From NCBI GenBank assembly GCA_019058445.1, contig JAHPZA010000002.1, positions 96,001 through 160,000 of the forward strand: 64,000 nt of DNA, in the 5' to 3' direction. The stretch is from Promethearchaeota archaeon (GTDB taxonomy: Archaea; Asgardarchaeota; Lokiarchaeia; Sigyniarchaeales; SOKP01). The notes under the pieces are model-generated. The model was not told the origin of the DNA. It ran no database searches and was given only the letters and a program-made list of their open reading frames with translations. Below, piece after piece: positions 1 through 10,389 of this stretch. Position 1 is the first letter of the stretch, and every line of letters begins with the position of its first letter. A program made the translations under genes and the position numbers.

Positions 1-845
1 AAGAATTAGCATTAACAGATGAGGAGAATGAATCACAAGCTGCTTCTACTTCTAAAAGAACAACTCAGAAGATTGTTGAGGTTAGGGATGAGAGTAAAGA
101 CCTGATTGATAGAAAAGATCAGATGGTAGAGGAATCAGTTCAGCTGCATTTAACAGAATCTATTACTAAGAGAAAATCTATAAAAAAGCAAATGCCTGAA
201 ACCTACATACGGGATAAATATATCATAGCCAAAAATTTTCCTAAAATTCGCCTTATCCCTTATACAGGCCAATTAAGCAATAATATCTATGTTGTATTAG
301 AAGGAACAAGTCAAGATGGAGAACAAGGATTATATATTTTGGACCAACACGCGGCTTCTGAACGTATCACTAAGGAATATTTTTTAAAAATGTATGAATC
401 ATCAAAAAGGAGTAAGCAACAGTTAATATCTCCTCTAAAACTAGAAGTAAATCCTTCTGAAAAATTCTTTATAGAAAGCAATTTAAAAGAAATTAATATG
501 CTGGGATTTACGTTTGAACATTTTGGGGGTAATACTTTTATTTTAAGAGAAATCCCGACAATTATGGGAAAACTTCCCGATGTAAAAATAATCAATGAGA
601 TTATCGCAGATATTACGGAAATCGGAAAAGATAAAACTTTTTCTGAAATTAAAGAAGAAATAATCAATTATCTCGCATGCCATAAAAGTATCCGAGGAGG
701 TGATGAATTAACTTTAAAAAATATAAGGAATTTGTTAATTGATTTAGCTAATTGTAAGAATCCTTTTCATTGTGCTCATGGGAGACCCACTCTTAAATTT
801 ATCTCATTTAAAGAGTTAGATAAGCTATTTAAAAGGACAGGTTAA
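1..845 (+). CDS. mutL: DNA mismatch repair protein MutL, C-terminal part (5' end outside the window)
   Basis: Frame is open from position 3. Contains the endonuclease motif DQHAASERITKE plus the ACH and CAHGRP motifs of the MutL C-terminal domain. Confidence 0.92.
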   Translation, partial: ELALTDEENESQAASTSKRTTQKIVEVRDESKDLIDRKDQMVEESVQLHLTESITKRKSIKKQMPETYIRDKYIIAKNFPKIRLIPYTGQLSNNIYVVLEGTSQDGEQGLYILDQHAASERITKEYFLKMYESSKRSKQQLISPLKLEVNPSEKFFIESNLKEINMLGFTFEHFGGNTFILREIPTIMGKLPDVKIINEIIADITEIGKDKTFSEIKEEIINYLACHKSIRGGDELTLKNIRNLLIDLANCKNPFHCAHGRPTLKFISFKELDKLFKRTG

Positions 846-924
846 ATTCTTTAATTGGATTTATATAAATCAAAATATAAATATAATTATTTTATCTATT
901 TAACTACGAGAATTAGTTTGAGAT

Positions 925-1425
925 TTGAAAATGCGAAAAAAGGATAAAAAATCGAAGAAGAAATCTAAGGAAGGAGAACAACGTCGAGAGAGTTTTCATC
1001 AAAAGGATAGTAAAATAAAAATGCTTTCAAAAGTTGATGAGTTGAAATTTCAAGCCATTAAAAGCTTATCGGAAGGAAACTTAGATGATGCTATTTATAA
1101 CGCTGAACAGATAATTCGACTAGCAATTCTTGCTGATATGCCATCTTATATTAAGGAACAAGAGGATTTTATTAATTCAATTGCGAAAGATGTTCAGAAA
1201 GATTACCTAATCAATGAAATTAAAAAGGCAAGTAAATCACTAAATGAAATGTATGATAAATTAGTATCCTCTAATCAAACGTCTCAAGCTCATGAAATTG
1301 TGAAAGGTTTTAAAAATAGATATCAAGACATGCCATTTTTTGACTCAATTGAGACCGTTAAAGAGCTTATTGAGAAAGATAAAAAAATATGGATACAGCA
1401 TATCACTAGTCTTGAGGATGAGTAG
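925..1425 (+). CDS. Hypothetical helical protein with basic N-terminus
   Basis: 166-aa ORF with normal composition; no recognisable motif. Confidence 0.65.
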   Translation: MKMRKKDKKSKKKSKEGEQRRESFHQKDSKIKMLSKVDELKFQAIKSLSEGNLDDAIYNAEQIIRLAILADMPSYIKEQEDFINSIAKDVQKDYLINEIKKASKSLNEMYDKLVSSNQTSQAHEIVKGFKNRYQDMPFFDSIETVKELIEKDKKIWIQHITSLEDE

Positions 1426-1472
1426 ACAATTCAATAAAAAAAGACATTAATAACTCAAACTTACATTCAATT

Positions 1473-1742
1473 TTATGCTTTTGAAAAGGCAATTCCTTCT
1501 ATTCCTTGAATCCCATCAACCTGACCGAATAACTCTTCAAGTTTATCCGTTCCTCCCCACTCTTCAGGATATCTAACTTGAACTCTCGCTTTTTTTAAAC
1601 CAAAGGCAACCGGGACAATATCATATTTTTCAATTGTACAGGAATCAGGTAAAGCAGCCTTTAATTTCCCTACAAATACTTCAAAATCAATATCTGTTTC
1701 TTCTGGTACTACATCAATTAATGCTACAAATTCTTTTCCCAT
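1473..1742 (-). CDS. ef1b: Translation elongation factor 1-beta (archaeal)
   Basis: 89 aa with PVAFGLKK motif and GTDKLEE; adjacent to the Zn-ribbon gene as in other archaea. Confidence 0.92.
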   Translation of the reverse strand: MGKEFVALIDVVPEETDIDFEVFVGKLKAALPDSCTIEKYDIVPVAFGLKKARVQVRYPEEWGGTDKLEELFGQVDGIQGIEGIAFSKA

Positions 1743-1744
1743 GG

Positions 1745-1921
1745 TTAGGGCCCCTCAAATTCACATTTTAAACATTTATATGTCTTTCCCATAGCTCTGC
1801 ACCGTTCGCATCTCCAAATTTCCACATCTCCGCACTGTGGACATGGGAAATGAACCGCATTTTCATAAGGCGCTATAGGTCTTCCACATGAAAAACACAC
1901 ATTCCTTTTAAATGTCGACAT
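1745..1921 (-). CDS. Small Zn-ribbon RNA-binding protein (DUF1610/HVO_2753 family)
   Basis: Four CxxC pairs, F.CP.CG, C-terminal FEGP; usual position upstream of ef1b. ATG at 1921 preferred over TTG at 1930. Confidence 0.88.
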   Translation of the reverse strand: MSTFKRNVCFSCGRPIAPYENAVHFPCPQCGDVEIWRCERCRAMGKTYKCLKCEFEGP

Positions 1922-2105
1922 AATTACCAAAAAAAAATATGTGATAGAATTAATTATTTTTGGTTTTTAGAAATTGAAAGAAATCAAAATTTAAATTTTA
2001 ACTCAACATAAAATATATATAGAAATATAATTAGATTATCTAATATATTATTAATTTCACACATGTTCTAATTATCCACCCCACACAAGAGGTTAGAAAG
2101 AATAT

Positions 2106-2639
2106 ATGCCAGAGAATAAAGTGAAAAAATATTTTAGCCTTGTTGAAGTATGGGCTTGGTGCGACATTTGTCAGGACATGGTTGCATTGAGCGTAGATAA
2201 AGATGAAATTCACAACGGTCTTGAAATGGGCATCTATACGAAAGAGTTCAAACATAAGAACCCCCATCCCGAATTAGAAGATCCTGATGATTTATCTGGC
2301 GATGAACATACAATATATGTATATATTAATGATAATTATGATGTCACAGGAGTGAAGTCATTTTTTGGAGATTCTCCAACCATAGAATCCTTAGAGGAAG
2401 CTGCTGCTGCATCAGGGGCTACTGAGGTCAGAATACCCATTATTATTAAAGATGTTCCGGCAACAAGTGTTCATTTAGGTATGATTACCCCCGATGAATA
2501 TAAAGTCTTAAAAATCTGTGACGGAATGAACACTCTTGAGCAGGTTGCCGAAATTGCTGGCCAAAACTTGGAAGATGTGGAAAAAATGATGGAAAAGCTC
2601 CATAAAAAAGGCTTAGTTGATGTGATTAAAAGAGTTTAG
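2106..2639 (+). CDS. Hypothetical protein: N-terminal CxxC/His putative metal-binding domain plus C-terminal winged helix
   Basis: WCDICQ...H...H in the N-terminal part; C-terminal VLKICDGMNTLEQVAE...LHKKGLV is wHTH-like. Confidence 0.7.
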   Translation: MPENKVKKYFSLVEVWAWCDICQDMVALSVDKDEIHNGLEMGIYTKEFKHKNPHPELEDPDDLSGDEHTIYVYINDNYDVTGVKSFFGDSPTIESLEEAAAASGATEVRIPIIIKDVPATSVHLGMITPDEYKVLKICDGMNTLEQVAEIAGQNLEDVEKMMEKLHKKGLVDVIKRV

Positions 2640-2745
2640 TCTTTTTCATCTAATTTTAAAAAAAAATTTGCAGCCTATTAAAAGATATGGCTGGAAGTTT
2701 TATCTTTTCTATTTAATCAGAGTTTCTTGTTAATGATAACAAAAT

Positions 2746-3522
2746 TTATTCGAGTTTTATTAAACCGAGAACTACAGGAACCACAAGATAGTGCGCTCGT
2801 GGAAACACTATTTCTATTAAATATGAAAGAAGCATAATAAAAACCTGATAAACAGGATCGGCATATGTCACATTTCCATTGGATAAGACTCCGATGTATC
2901 TAGTCCCAAGGATATGCATAGGCTCGAGGTTCACCACAATAAAAATGAATGAGCCTAACAGATAGTTTCTAAGGTGTTTAAGAAACCCTTCGCCAGCTAC
3001 AAACTTGGCAAGCACAAAACTAATTATGATCACTAAGGATAAATAAAGGATAGCGACAACACCGAACATGGGACGTACTGATGTTATAGGTTTAGTGCTT
3101 CCTAGAATACCAACGATAATTGAACATATAAATACGATAATCATCGTTATTATGAAAAGATTTCGGCGTAAATTAAATTCCTTCTCATCATCCCGCTTCA
3201 AATACATATCAAGAAATAAAAATCCTGAAACTCCATAGATAGCTCCCTCGCCTAATCCTTGAAAAAGCCATGTTAAATAGGTCGGAATTACAACCCCAAA
3301 TACTGTTACTGTCCAACTTTCAGCTCTCATCCCCAGTGAAGACAATATTAACTCTACAATCCCAAAAAAGATCGTTGAGCTAATGAAAATAACGATATAA
3401 TTATTATCTTCCTTTTTAAACGCAAAAAATAGAGAAATCGCGAGAGCTATAATCATAAGTAGTACCCGTGTCTCAAAATAACCTGCCTCATCAAAACTCC
3501 TCACCATTGCAAATCCATTCAT
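2746..3522 (-). CDS. Hypothetical multi-pass membrane protein
   Basis: About 7 hydrophobic segments. Confidence 0.7.
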   Translation of the reverse strand: MNGFAMVRSFDEAGYFETRVLLMIIALAISLFFAFKKEDNNYIVIFISSTIFFGIVELILSSLGMRAESWTVTVFGVVIPTYLTWLFQGLGEGAIYGVSGFLFLDMYLKRDDEKEFNLRRNLFIITMIIVFICSIIVGILGSTKPITSVRPMFGVVAILYLSLVIIISFVLAKFVAGEGFLKHLRNYLLGSFIFIVVNLEPMHILGTRYIGVLSNGNVTYADPVYQVFIMLLSYLIEIVFPRAHYLVVPVVLGLIKLE

Positions 3523-3673
3523 TACATTATCACCAATTTTTTATTTGAATTTCTTTTTTTATATTATTTTATTATCTTTTACTTTATATACTTAAGGCGC
3601 ATTTTCAAAAAAATATATATAAAAAAAGATTAATAGTATGAATTAAGAAATCAACTTATTTGGATGAGTAAAA

Positions 3674-4147
3674 ATGACAGAAAATTTTGAATTTAATCTT
3701 GGGAATTTAAAAATTGAGCAGCTAAGCTATGTATACAAGGATATTAAAAAACAAGCGAAAATTATGGAAGAACTGTATGGCATTCCTACTTTCGCACAAA
3801 TGGAAGATATAGTCCATCAAGAGGCTACTTATCGTGGTAAACCCGTAGAAATAACGGTAGATTATGCATTTAGCCGTTTAATAAATGTACAAATCGAGCT
3901 TCAACAATGGAAAAGCGGAGATTGCTCCTTTAAGGATTTCATCGATCAAGGAAAAGAAGGGCTTCATAGTATAGGTTTGTATGTCGATGATTTAGATACC
4001 TACGTTGCAGAATTTAAGAAAAGAGGTATTGAAGTATTACAAACCGGGCAGGTTGGTAAACAGAAATTTGTGTATCTGGATACTGAAAAAACTTTCGGAG
4101 TCCTTCTTGAAATTTCGACTACAGTTAAAAGGCGAAGAAAAAAATAA
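3674..4147 (+). CDS. VOC/glyoxalase family protein (methylmalonyl-CoA epimerase-like)
   Basis: IELQQ, GKEGLHSIG and YLDT...GVLLE motifs of the Glyoxalase_4 family. Confidence 0.82.
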   Translation: MTENFEFNLGNLKIEQLSYVYKDIKKQAKIMEELYGIPTFAQMEDIVHQEATYRGKPVEITVDYAFSRLINVQIELQQWKSGDCSFKDFIDQGKEGLHSIGLYVDDLDTYVAEFKKRGIEVLQTGQVGKQKFVYLDTEKTFGVLLEISTTVKRRRKK

Positions 4148-4224
4148 AGAATTCTACTAGTTTTTCATTAAGTATATATTAAAAATAACTTTTTTTTTAA
4201 TTTCTATTTTTTATTGATTAAAAA

Positions 4225-5106
4225 CTAATTATCTTGATCCCATGGTGCCAGTTCGGGCATGTTCCATTTATACGCCAAAAATTTTATTAACACCATTAAT
4301 ATTAGTCCAGTTAAAATTGAAACTGTTCCCGATATAATTATTGCCATATTTAAGATTCCCTCTTCTGTGCCCAATGGTATACTAAAAATAAGTAAATTTA
4401 ATGTAGAATTCCAGATAAAGTGGCTAATCCAGCTGGGCCACAGGCTGTTAGTTTTGTAATACATATATCCCCACATAAAACCAATTAGAAAAGGAGCAAG
4501 AAAATTTATGAAAACCGCATTGAATAGAGCCTGCATTAAGGTCATTTGGCCTGTTATATAATATTTCAGTGGCCATCTTAAATGCCATGCTCCGAAGAGC
4601 ACGGCTTGTAAAAAATTGGCCTTCCAAAAATCCACCCTAGTTAAAAATTTACGAGTCATTAATCCCCTAAAGAGTCCTTCTTCCATGCAGCAATTAACCA
4701 CATTCCCGAATACCAGCCATAGACCAAATATAACACCACCTCCTATACCCCCTTTAGGATCGGTGGGTGAAAAAATGATTGCTGTTTTTACATTGGAACT
4801 GGTTAGAACCAGAAATCCGGCTGTGAAATAAATCACCACCATTATGGTACTTACAAGCACCCCTATAAGAAAAGCCTGAAAAATCATGGTTCTATGAAGA
4901 CCGATTGCCGCGACACTTCTCTGTACCGACCAGAGGTATAAAACAATAATGAAAAAACCCAAAGCTTTGGATATAATTATTTCACCCCATAACTCGTCGA
5001 TGCGGAGTATGAAAATGTCAATTAAGCTAAGTATAAGGCATATAAGGGTAATAAGGGACAGAATTACAAATGGATGATTTTCAGCAAAAATCCGCCACTT
5101 TTCCAT
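4225..5106 (-). CDS. CPBP family intramembrane metalloprotease (Abi/CAAX type II)
   Basis: EEGLFRG, FGAWH and SHFIWN motifs. Confidence 0.88.
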   Translation of the reverse strand: MEKWRIFAENHPFVILSLITLICLILSLIDIFILRIDELWGEIIISKALGFFIIVLYLWSVQRSVAAIGLHRTMIFQAFLIGVLVSTIMVVIYFTAGFLVLTSSNVKTAIIFSPTDPKGGIGGGVIFGLWLVFGNVVNCCMEEGLFRGLMTRKFLTRVDFWKANFLQAVLFGAWHLRWPLKYYITGQMTLMQALFNAVFINFLAPFLIGFMWGYMYYKTNSLWPSWISHFIWNSTLNLLIFSIPLGTEEGILNMAIIISGTVSILTGLILMVLIKFLAYKWNMPELAPWDQDN

Positions 5107-5153
5107 AATTATAGCTTTAGAATGCTTATTAAATAAAATTTTATTTTTCCTAT

Positions 5154-5804
5154 TCAGTTCTTTTTGATAATTTTATTTCCCTTTTCGATTCCAAGATGCA
5201 ATGCTCGAATATTATCGTCCGGATCTCTTAACCATTCTTTAATGACTTCTTCATAATGTTTAATATCAATAAACGGAATTTTGCCTGTTGGAATCGCAAA
5301 GCCTAACATTATTATGTTTACCTGTTGGTTTCTGTTAAACTCTTTGAGCGATAGTTCGGTGGCATTCATGGTATAGACTTCTTCAGTATAACCCTTTAAT
5401 ATCTCTTTTATTTTTTCTAAGGAAGGGTATTGATCTAAATCAGCAGTGATTAAAATGGGAGGAATTGTACGCTCATTCAATACAAAGGTAGTTTTATTTG
5501 ACGCAAAAATACCTCGTCTCAAGGATTCCACGGGTTCAATACAAATATATAAGTCAGCATCCCCATAACAAATTAAGGAAGAGTTCAGGTTTTTCTTTGG
5601 ATCATCAGTGGCCTTTTTTTGATATCTTGTGTGGCTAATTATTGCTCCTTCGCGTTGAGCTAATCCATGTTGCTCTGCTCCAAGTATTATATCAACACCA
5701 GCTTTTTGCGCCGCAAATTCGATCAATCTTTTTAATGATATAACCCCTTGTCCCGCTGTGCCCGCAATGACCACATTTATGATATCAGTTTCTTTAAATT
5801 TCAT
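5154..5804 (-). CDS. iorB: Indolepyruvate:ferredoxin oxidoreductase beta subunit
   Basis: GTAGQGVI and HGLAQREGAIISH motifs; near iorA. Confidence 0.88.
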   Translation of the reverse strand: MKFKETDIINVVIAGTAGQGVISLKRLIEFAAQKAGVDIILGAEQHGLAQREGAIISHTRYQKKATDDPKKNLNSSLICYGDADLYICIEPVESLRRGIFASNKTTFVLNERTIPPILITADLDQYPSLEKIKEILKGYTEEVYTMNATELSLKEFNRNQQVNIIMLGFAIPTGKIPFIDIKHYEEVIKEWLRDPDDNIRALHLGIEKGNKIIKKN

Positions 5805-5893
5805 AAAATAACTCCAAATTTCATTTAATAATATGTCTAATATTATATTATTTAATTTGATAATTTTTTTTATATTATCTTAAATTGGTAAAT

Positions 5894-6967
5894 TTACGTT
5901 TCTCTCATAATTGTTTCATAAAGTTCTTTATTATTTTTTGGTATATTTATTTCATCTTGTTTTTTAGTGAGAGAGATCGCTTCATTTGGACAAATTATTA
6001 CACAATTACCACATCCAATGCATCTTTTCAAATTAATTGTTGCTATTTTATTTCTTAGTTTTATTGCATTTACTTCACATTGTTTTAAACAAGCGCGACA
6101 ACCCTCACATAATTCAGCATTTACTGTAGCATAATAACTATTTGTCCAAAATTTTGTTGGATTAGGAATTAATTTTTGCATAGATAAAACTCCACAACAG
6201 CATCCACAACATGAGCAAACAAATTCTGGTTCTTTTGAGTTTGAAATTTGAAGAACTAAACCATCTTCTTGATTCTTTTTTAAGATTTGAAGTGCTTCTT
6301 CTTTAGTGATTTGCTTTCCTAAACCTCTTCTTAACCATCTCTCCGCAATTTCATTAAAAACAAGGCATATATCTAATCGATCTGTTTTTTGACAAGGTCT
6401 ACCATTTATTTTTGCAGTTTTTTTACAAACGCAATCTAATAGGACAATGGGTCCTTCTAGATTCTTAATAATTGCTTTCAAATCATCATAATTGCCAACT
6501 AAATGTTCAGGTTCTACACTGTATTCAACAGGAATTGTGCGCATTTGAGGGATTTTTGAATTTACTAATCTCAAGGGAAATTGAGATTCTAACATATAAT
6601 CTATTCCCAGTTTTATATATTCAGGGGTGCGATTATAATTTACAGATTCGTCTAATCCTATAACTAATGGTAATAGTCTATAAAACATTATACCATCTCG
6701 TAATTTCCAGCCAATGATTCCTTTATTCACCATATTTTCTAAAATATTATGTAAATTGGTCTTAGTGTATTCTTCTTTCAAATGTTCAAAAATCTCTTCT
6801 ATATTTTGCTCTTTATAACTTAACTTCAATGCAACTTTAGCCTCTTCTGGTTGAAAAAAGTATTTTAATAAAGAGATATCCGAACCAGTAGTCGTGGGTG
6901 GAAATCCTACAGGTTGATTGTCTAAATGCTCTTGTAATTTGTGATAAATTTTATCTTCTAAACTCAT
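5894..6967 (-). CDS. 4Fe-4S dicluster-binding protein with Cys-rich central domain
   Basis: CVCKK, CSCCGCCC, CEGCRACLKQC and CIGCGNCVIICP motifs. Confidence 0.85.
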   Translation of the reverse strand: MSLEDKIYHKLQEHLDNQPVGFPPTTTGSDISLLKYFFQPEEAKVALKLSYKEQNIEEIFEHLKEEYTKTNLHNILENMVNKGIIGWKLRDGIMFYRLLPLVIGLDESVNYNRTPEYIKLGIDYMLESQFPLRLVNSKIPQMRTIPVEYSVEPEHLVGNYDDLKAIIKNLEGPIVLLDCVCKKTAKINGRPCQKTDRLDICLVFNEIAERWLRRGLGKQITKEEALQILKKNQEDGLVLQISNSKEPEFVCSCCGCCCGVLSMQKLIPNPTKFWTNSYYATVNAELCEGCRACLKQCEVNAIKLRNKIATINLKRCIGCGNCVIICPNEAISLTKKQDEINIPKNNKELYETIMRET

Positions 6968-7086
6968 TAGATTATACTCAATTTTTCAATTAATTATTCT
7001 TTATAAATAAAATTCAACAATCCTATTTAAGTTACGACTCCTTTGCCAGAGGTAACTGCAATTACTACGCTTTTTATATCATTTTT

Positions 7087-9042
7087 TTAAATTTCGCGAA
7101 AAGGAACCTCTGTTGCTAATGCATGTATTACGGATTTGTGAATTGCTCCATTTGGGCAGATTTGATAACAAACGCCACATCGTATACATCTATCCTCATC
7201 AATCTGCATCGTCTCTCTTCCGTCAATCTCTGTTCTCCTTATAGCAGGACAGCTAAGTATTCTACTACATTCATGGCAAACTTGACAGCCTGAGATATAA
7301 TAGGTGATTTCTTGTACTTTCTGCCCTTGCGCTTCAAGATCTCTGATCTGACTCATTCTCCATCTATGAGCTTGAAGTCCACATTCTCGTTTAAGAATTA
7401 TAACTTTTAATCCTTTTTCTTGAAGTGCCTCCTCAATGGATTTTGTCAATTTTTTAGGGTTATATGAATCTTCAATTCGAAGCCAGGGTACTCCTAACGC
7501 TTTGCAAATGTTTTCAATTGAGAAGCCTCGATTAATTAAGTAACGAAGTACATCATCTTGGTGACCAGTCATTGCAGTCCAAGAATTCTCGAAAATGATG
7601 AGCAACACATTAGAATTATAACCGACTGCTTCTGCCAAGGGTGCCATACCCGTATGAAAAAAGGTGGAATCGCCAATCATAGCAACTATTTTTTGATCTG
7701 ATTTGGTCGACATGCCTATGGCAGCACTTATTCCCCCTGACATGCATATTACGAGATCACTACATTCTTGCGGAGGGAAAAACGACATTACATAGCATCC
7801 AATATCTCCACAAATCACGGTATTTTCTAGCTGATTTGTGGCTTTTAATATGGAATAGAGTGTAGCTCGTTCGGGACAGCCAGCACAGAAAGTCGGAAAC
7901 CTAGCCGGAACAATCTCCTTATAAGAATTGAAATATTCGATTGCGTTCGTCATCTGTTCGCTCGGTGTTTTATCAAAAATTTTCGCTAAACTAGTAGCGA
8001 TTAATCCAGTGGAATATTCGTTATATTTTGGGAAATATTCTTGACCGATCATTTGAACATTCAATTTGTTATGATGAGCGATTTCCGACACTTTTACTTC
8101 TAAAAATGGTTCTAATTCTTCAATAATAATGACTTTTTCAAGGGAATTCAAGAAATTCGAGATCTCTTCATAATTTAAAGGATAAATCATCCCCAACTTT
8201 AAAACTGGTACATCATCAAGTCCCAATTGGTCCAATGCTTCCATGGTATAGCCAAAAGGCATTCCACTGGTAATGATTCCAATTTTATTTTCTCCCGGAA
8301 TTATTTTATTTACACCAAGTTCTAGTATGATTTCTCGAATTTTTTCAATTCTTTCATATAATCGTACGTGGTTATTTATGGCGTGAGGAGGGAGTGAATT
8401 AAACTTAGGAATGTTTCGGATAAATTCTCCTTTTGCTTTCCCCCTCTTTATTGGTCCTAATTCTACATAACCTCGGGAATGAGCGCTTCTTGTAGAGGTT
8501 CGAACTTCAAATACGGTATCATACTTTTCGGAAAGTTCAAATGCTAGTTTGGTGAAATCTTTACATTCTTGAGGTGTATGGGGTTCAAAACAAGGGAGAT
8601 GGAGCATCCAGGTGTAAAATCGTTCATTTTGCTCTTGATGAGAGCCTAAACTGCCCGGATCAGCTCCCACCAATATCACCATTGCACCAGGATTTGGGCC
8701 ATTTAAAGCAATCACGCTTAAGGCATCACTTGCTACATTTAATCCGACATGTTTCATTGGATTTAAACTTCTACATCCGGTCCAGGCAGCACCAGCACAG
8801 GCAGAAGTTGCAACCGCCTCATTTACCGCCCAATGATGTACCAAATACTCTTTTGCTTCAGGATTTTCTCTTAAGATTTGATGAAAATATTCTCCAATGT
8901 CGCTGGTGGGAGTGCCAGGATATTGAGACGCATATGATACCCCAGCCTCAAGGCATCCCCGTACTACAGCTTCATTTCCAAGCATTAATACCTTTCCTTT
9001 TTCGTCAGAAAAACGAGTATCTTTTATTGGCATGTGAATCAT
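7087..9042 (-). CDS. iorA: Indolepyruvate:ferredoxin oxidoreductase alpha subunit
   Basis: MLGNEAV, YPGTPTS, MKHVGLNVA, FCAGCP, TPP-binding GDSTFFH and C-terminal ferredoxin motifs. Confidence 0.93.
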   Translation of the reverse strand: MIHMPIKDTRFSDEKGKVLMLGNEAVVRGCLEAGVSYASQYPGTPTSDIGEYFHQILRENPEAKEYLVHHWAVNEAVATSACAGAAWTGCRSLNPMKHVGLNVASDALSVIALNGPNPGAMVILVGADPGSLGSHQEQNERFYTWMLHLPCFEPHTPQECKDFTKLAFELSEKYDTVFEVRTSTRSAHSRGYVELGPIKRGKAKGEFIRNIPKFNSLPPHAINNHVRLYERIEKIREIILELGVNKIIPGENKIGIITSGMPFGYTMEALDQLGLDDVPVLKLGMIYPLNYEEISNFLNSLEKVIIIEELEPFLEVKVSEIAHHNKLNVQMIGQEYFPKYNEYSTGLIATSLAKIFDKTPSEQMTNAIEYFNSYKEIVPARFPTFCAGCPERATLYSILKATNQLENTVICGDIGCYVMSFFPPQECSDLVICMSGGISAAIGMSTKSDQKIVAMIGDSTFFHTGMAPLAEAVGYNSNVLLIIFENSWTAMTGHQDDVLRYLINRGFSIENICKALGVPWLRIEDSYNPKKLTKSIEEALQEKGLKVIILKRECGLQAHRWRMSQIRDLEAQGQKVQEITYYISGCQVCHECSRILSCPAIRRTEIDGRETMQIDEDRCIRCGVCYQICPNGAIHKSVIHALATEVPFREI

Positions 9043-9075
9043 CCAAATGCATAATCAAATTAATTTATTATTTTA

Positions 9076-9107
9076 AACCTAAATAAAAAAACCTTATTAT
9101 TTAGGTT
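9076..9107. promoter_or_regulatory. Perfect 11-bp inverted repeat upstream of iorA (candidate operator)
   Basis: AACCTAAATAA (9076-9086), 10-nt spacer, TTATTTAGGTT (9097-9107); overlaps the AT-rich TATA region. Confidence 0.45.
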
Positions 9108-9192
9108 AATAATAGAGAGAAATTAATAAAGATACCTTTCTAAAGAGATATTATCTCAATGCATAAAAAAAGGGTAAAAAATTGAAAATATC

Positions 9193-10338
9193 CTAAAATG
9201 CAGGTTTCTTATCCGGTTTGAACTCACTAATACTATCTAGTATGAGCTTATTTAAATTCAGACACGCAAGATCTACTAATTTTGAATAAGGCTCCTCAAG
9301 AATCTTCGCGACCCCTTCTGGAGTTCCATCCCAAATAGGATTTTTTTCCCGAGCAATGATGGGCCTTAATTCTAACTTATGATTATCGGGTAACCCCACT
9401 CTCACAAAATAAACACTCTCATAATGTCGATGCAGACCTTTGCCGAGTCCACCCCATTGTTTTTTTCCTAATTGGTATGTCTCTATCCACCCCAGATCAA
9501 GAGCGATTTCAGGTTTAATGCTTATAGTTTCGCTTGTATCAGAGGGCTTATAATCGAATGATAAGATATTCCACACATTTAACGTCCATTGGGTTTTTAA
9601 TTCTTTTAAAATAATATTGGTAAATTTTTTATAACGATCAATAAAATCCGTAGAATCTTCTTTTCCTACAACCACGGGAACGCTGTATCTCCTTGGGATA
9701 AAACTACACCCTGAGGGACATTTATACTGCCAAGGACCATTCTTTTTTGCGCGCCACTTGTTTTTTTTAAATACATATGAATTATAGAATTTGGGAGCTA
9801 ATCTTTCGGCAATTTTCTCTTTAAGATTCAGTTTTTCAGGCATCGTCTCTTCATGCCATTCTCCTTGCCAATTATCTTCATCAATAATTAGACTAAACCA
9901 ACGCCACCCTCCAATTTGCCTCTTTTTAAATGAGCCTCCTGAATACCCCGGCGCATTTCCTAGAGAAGGACCAGGAAATTGCTCTTTTAAACAGTCTGCT
10001 TTATACAGACCAAAATCATTGGCATCTGATATAGAAACGATTGGTAAATATCTGCTAAAGATCGGTTCAAAAATAGCCCACATTCTTTGGGCCATTCCTT
10101 GAAAAAATGACATGTAGTCGGGATTGTCATACCCTAAGAGCGGTGGTTTGTGCCAACCAAGAATCATTATATTATCTCTTGGATTACAAATAAAATTCCA
10201 CAGCGCAACTTTATCTGGTTTACTCGCTTCTCTGACGATTTTTTTATTAACAGTAGCCTCTATAGAGCAATGTTGTGAAAATTTTTTCTCTTTATCTCTT
10301 ATTAGCTCATATCGTCCTAACCAAAGATATTTTCCCAA
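9193..10338 (-). CDS. Hypothetical protein (Trp/Gly-rich, no recognised domain)
   Basis: 381-aa ORF with TTG start and an upstream GGAG SD-like motif. Confidence 0.7.
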   Translation of the reverse strand: MGKYLWLGRYELIRDKEKKFSQHCSIEATVNKKIVREASKPDKVALWNFICNPRDNIMILGWHKPPLLGYDNPDYMSFFQGMAQRMWAIFEPIFSRYLPIVSISDANDFGLYKADCLKEQFPGPSLGNAPGYSGGSFKKRQIGGWRWFSLIIDEDNWQGEWHEETMPEKLNLKEKIAERLAPKFYNSYVFKKNKWRAKKNGPWQYKCPSGCSFIPRRYSVPVVVGKEDSTDFIDRYKKFTNIILKELKTQWTLNVWNILSFDYKPSDTSETISIKPEIALDLGWIETYQLGKKQWGGLGKGLHRHYESVYFVRVGLPDNHKLELRPIIAREKNPIWDGTPEGVAKILEEPYSKLVDLACLNLNKLILDSISEFKPDKKPAF

Positions 10339-10389
10339 TTATTACAGCTCCGATTGAATTGTTATTACCTTCCCTAGATTATGAAAAAA

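Noticed and set aside
7031-7056. GC hairpin as a SECIS element or riboswitch
   Set aside because: No in-frame UGA in the neighbouring genes and no recognisable consensus.
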